From Macrostomum lignano (Eukaryota), in assembly GCA_002269645.1 (NCBI GenBank), contig NIVC01000592.1, positions 457,213-521,212 on the forward strand: a stretch of 64,000 bases of DNA, in the 5' to 3' direction. The translations under genes and the position numbers were made by a program. Of this stretch, positions 62,901 through 64,000 are shown piece by piece; position 1 is the stretch's first letter; every line of letters begins with the position of its first letter. The notes under the pieces are model-generated. The model worked only from the letters and a program-made list of their open reading frames with translations. It did no database searches and was not told where the DNA came from.

Positions 62901-64000
62901 ACAGTGGTCTCGGTTACTTCCCGCTCGGTGTCGTCTCGGGAGTCTCTTCTGGCTGCTCTCCGCCAGGAGTAGTGGGCTTAGGACCAGGCTTTCCTCCCTT
63001 CGTTGTAGTCTGCACAGTGGTCTCGGTTACTTCCTCGCTCGGTGTCGTCTCGGGAGTCTCTTCTGGCTGCTCTCCGCAGGAGTAGTAGGCTTAGGACCAG
63101 GCTTTCCTCCTTCGTTGTAGTCTGCACAGTGGTCTCGGTTACTTCCTCGCTCGGTGTCGTCTCGGGAGTCTCTTCTGGCTCGCTCGTGTCGTCTCGGGAG
63201 TCTCTTCTGGCTGCTCTCCGCCAGGAGTAGTTGGCTTAGGACCAGGCTTTCCTCCCTTCGTTGTAGTCTGCACAGTGGTCTCGTACTTCCTCGCTCGGTG
63301 TCGTCTCGGGAGTCTCTTCTGGCTGCTCTCCGCCAGGAGTAGTAGGCTTAGGACCAGGCTTTCCTCCCTTCGTTGTAGTCTGCACAGTGGTCTCGCGTTA
63401 CTTCCTCGCTCGTGTCGTCTCGGGAGTCTCTTCTGGCTGCTCTCCGCCAGGAGTAGTAGGCTTAGGACCAGGCTTTCCTCCCTTCGTTGTAGTCTGCACA
63501 GTGGTCTCGGTTACTTCCTCGCTCGGTGTCGTCTCGGGAGTCTCTTCTGGCTGCTCTCGCCAGGAGTAGTAGGCTTAGGACAGGCTTTCCTCCCTTCGTT
63601 GTAGTCTGCACAGTGGTCTCGGTTACTTCCTCGCTCGGTGTCGTCTCGGGAGTCTCTTCTGGCTGCTCTCCGCCAGGAGTAGTAGGCTTAGGACCAGGCT
63701 TTTCCTCCCTTCGTTGTAGTCTGCACAGTGGTCTCGTTACTTCCTCGCTCGGTTGTCGTCTCGGGAGTCTCTTCTGGCTGCTCTCCGCCAGGAGTAGTGG
63801 GCTTAGGACCAGGCTTCCTCCCTTCGTTGTAGTCTGCACAGTGGTCTCGTTACTTCCTCGCTCGGTGTCGTCCGGGAGTCTCTTCTGGCTGCCTCCGCCA
63901 GGAGTAGTGGGCTTAGGACCAGGCTTTCCTCCCTTCGTTGTAGTCTGCACAGTGGTCTCGGTTACTTCCTCGCTCGGTGTCGTCTCGGGAGTCTCTTCTG
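47975..64000 (-). CDS. Giant secreted mucin/SCO-spondin-like glycoprotein, 3' part (PTS repeats, TSP1, TIL, vWC-like, C-terminal cystine knot)
   Basis: Exons >64000-51741, 51570-50302, 49994-48538 and 48169-47975 with matching phases (1, 1, 0). TSP1 motifs (WSEWSACSASCGPGTRKRSR), TIL motifs (CPLTCD...GCFCPSG), terminal CSCCHP...VAGCTC. The repeat exon has several 1-bp frame breaks, probably sequencing errors. Confidence 0.9.
48330..48450 (-). mobile_element. tRNA-derived SINE-like copy in a mucin-gene intron
   Basis: Minus strand has GGTTCGATTCC (B box); homologous to 50170-50282 (AAGCCCCAAA..AATGCGG..CACGGAATCGAACC.GGGGTCG). Confidence 0.6.
50170..50282 (-). mobile_element. tRNA-derived SINE-like copy in a mucin-gene intron
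   Basis: GGCTCAGCAGT (A-box-like) ... GGGTTCGATTCC (B box); second copy of the 48330-48450 element. Confidence 0.6.
51801..60965 (-). repeat. Coding 15-bp array encoding GTTPA/GTTTA pentapeptides (mucin PTS domain), about 600 units
   Basis: Minus-strand frame reads (GTTPA)n and is continuous with unique coding sequence on both sides. Confidence 0.95.
61540..64000 (-). repeat. Coding 114-bp array encoding a 38-aa repeat, more than 20 copies, extends beyond the window
   Basis: Unit TTTKGGKPGPKPTTPGGEQPEETPETTPSEEVTETTVQ; scattered 1-bp indels. Confidence 0.93.

Overview
Eukaryotic (animal) genomic DNA with GC-rich exons, GT-AG introns and a different minisatellite in many introns. This style suggests a Macrostomum-like flatworm long-read assembly (inference, not verified). 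Left to right: (1) a claudin-like exon on the minus strand; (2) three tandem group III (bee-venom type) secreted phospholipase A2 paralogues, one intact with three exons and two degenerate; (3) an uncharacterised gene with a probable beta-propeller C-terminus; (4) a 66-bp minisatellite with higher-order structure; (5) an intronless gene with two Rdx/SelW-like domains lacking the redox motif; (6) a TE-rich block with a SINE, a solo LTR, a ~5 kb strongly CpG-decayed zone, and a young Gypsy-type LTR element (gag, -1 frameshift, protease, no RT/IN, an extra ORF) whose 5' LTR is split by a non-autonomous Helitron; (7) ATP6V0B; (8) a six-exon LRGUK; (9) the 3' part of a giant mucin/SCO-spondin-like gene (TSP1, TIL, C-terminal cystine knot, ~9 kb of GTTPA repeats, 38-aa repeats) running off the right edge. 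Most long ORFs in the supplied track are by-products of repeats. All calls were made by eye, without database searches.
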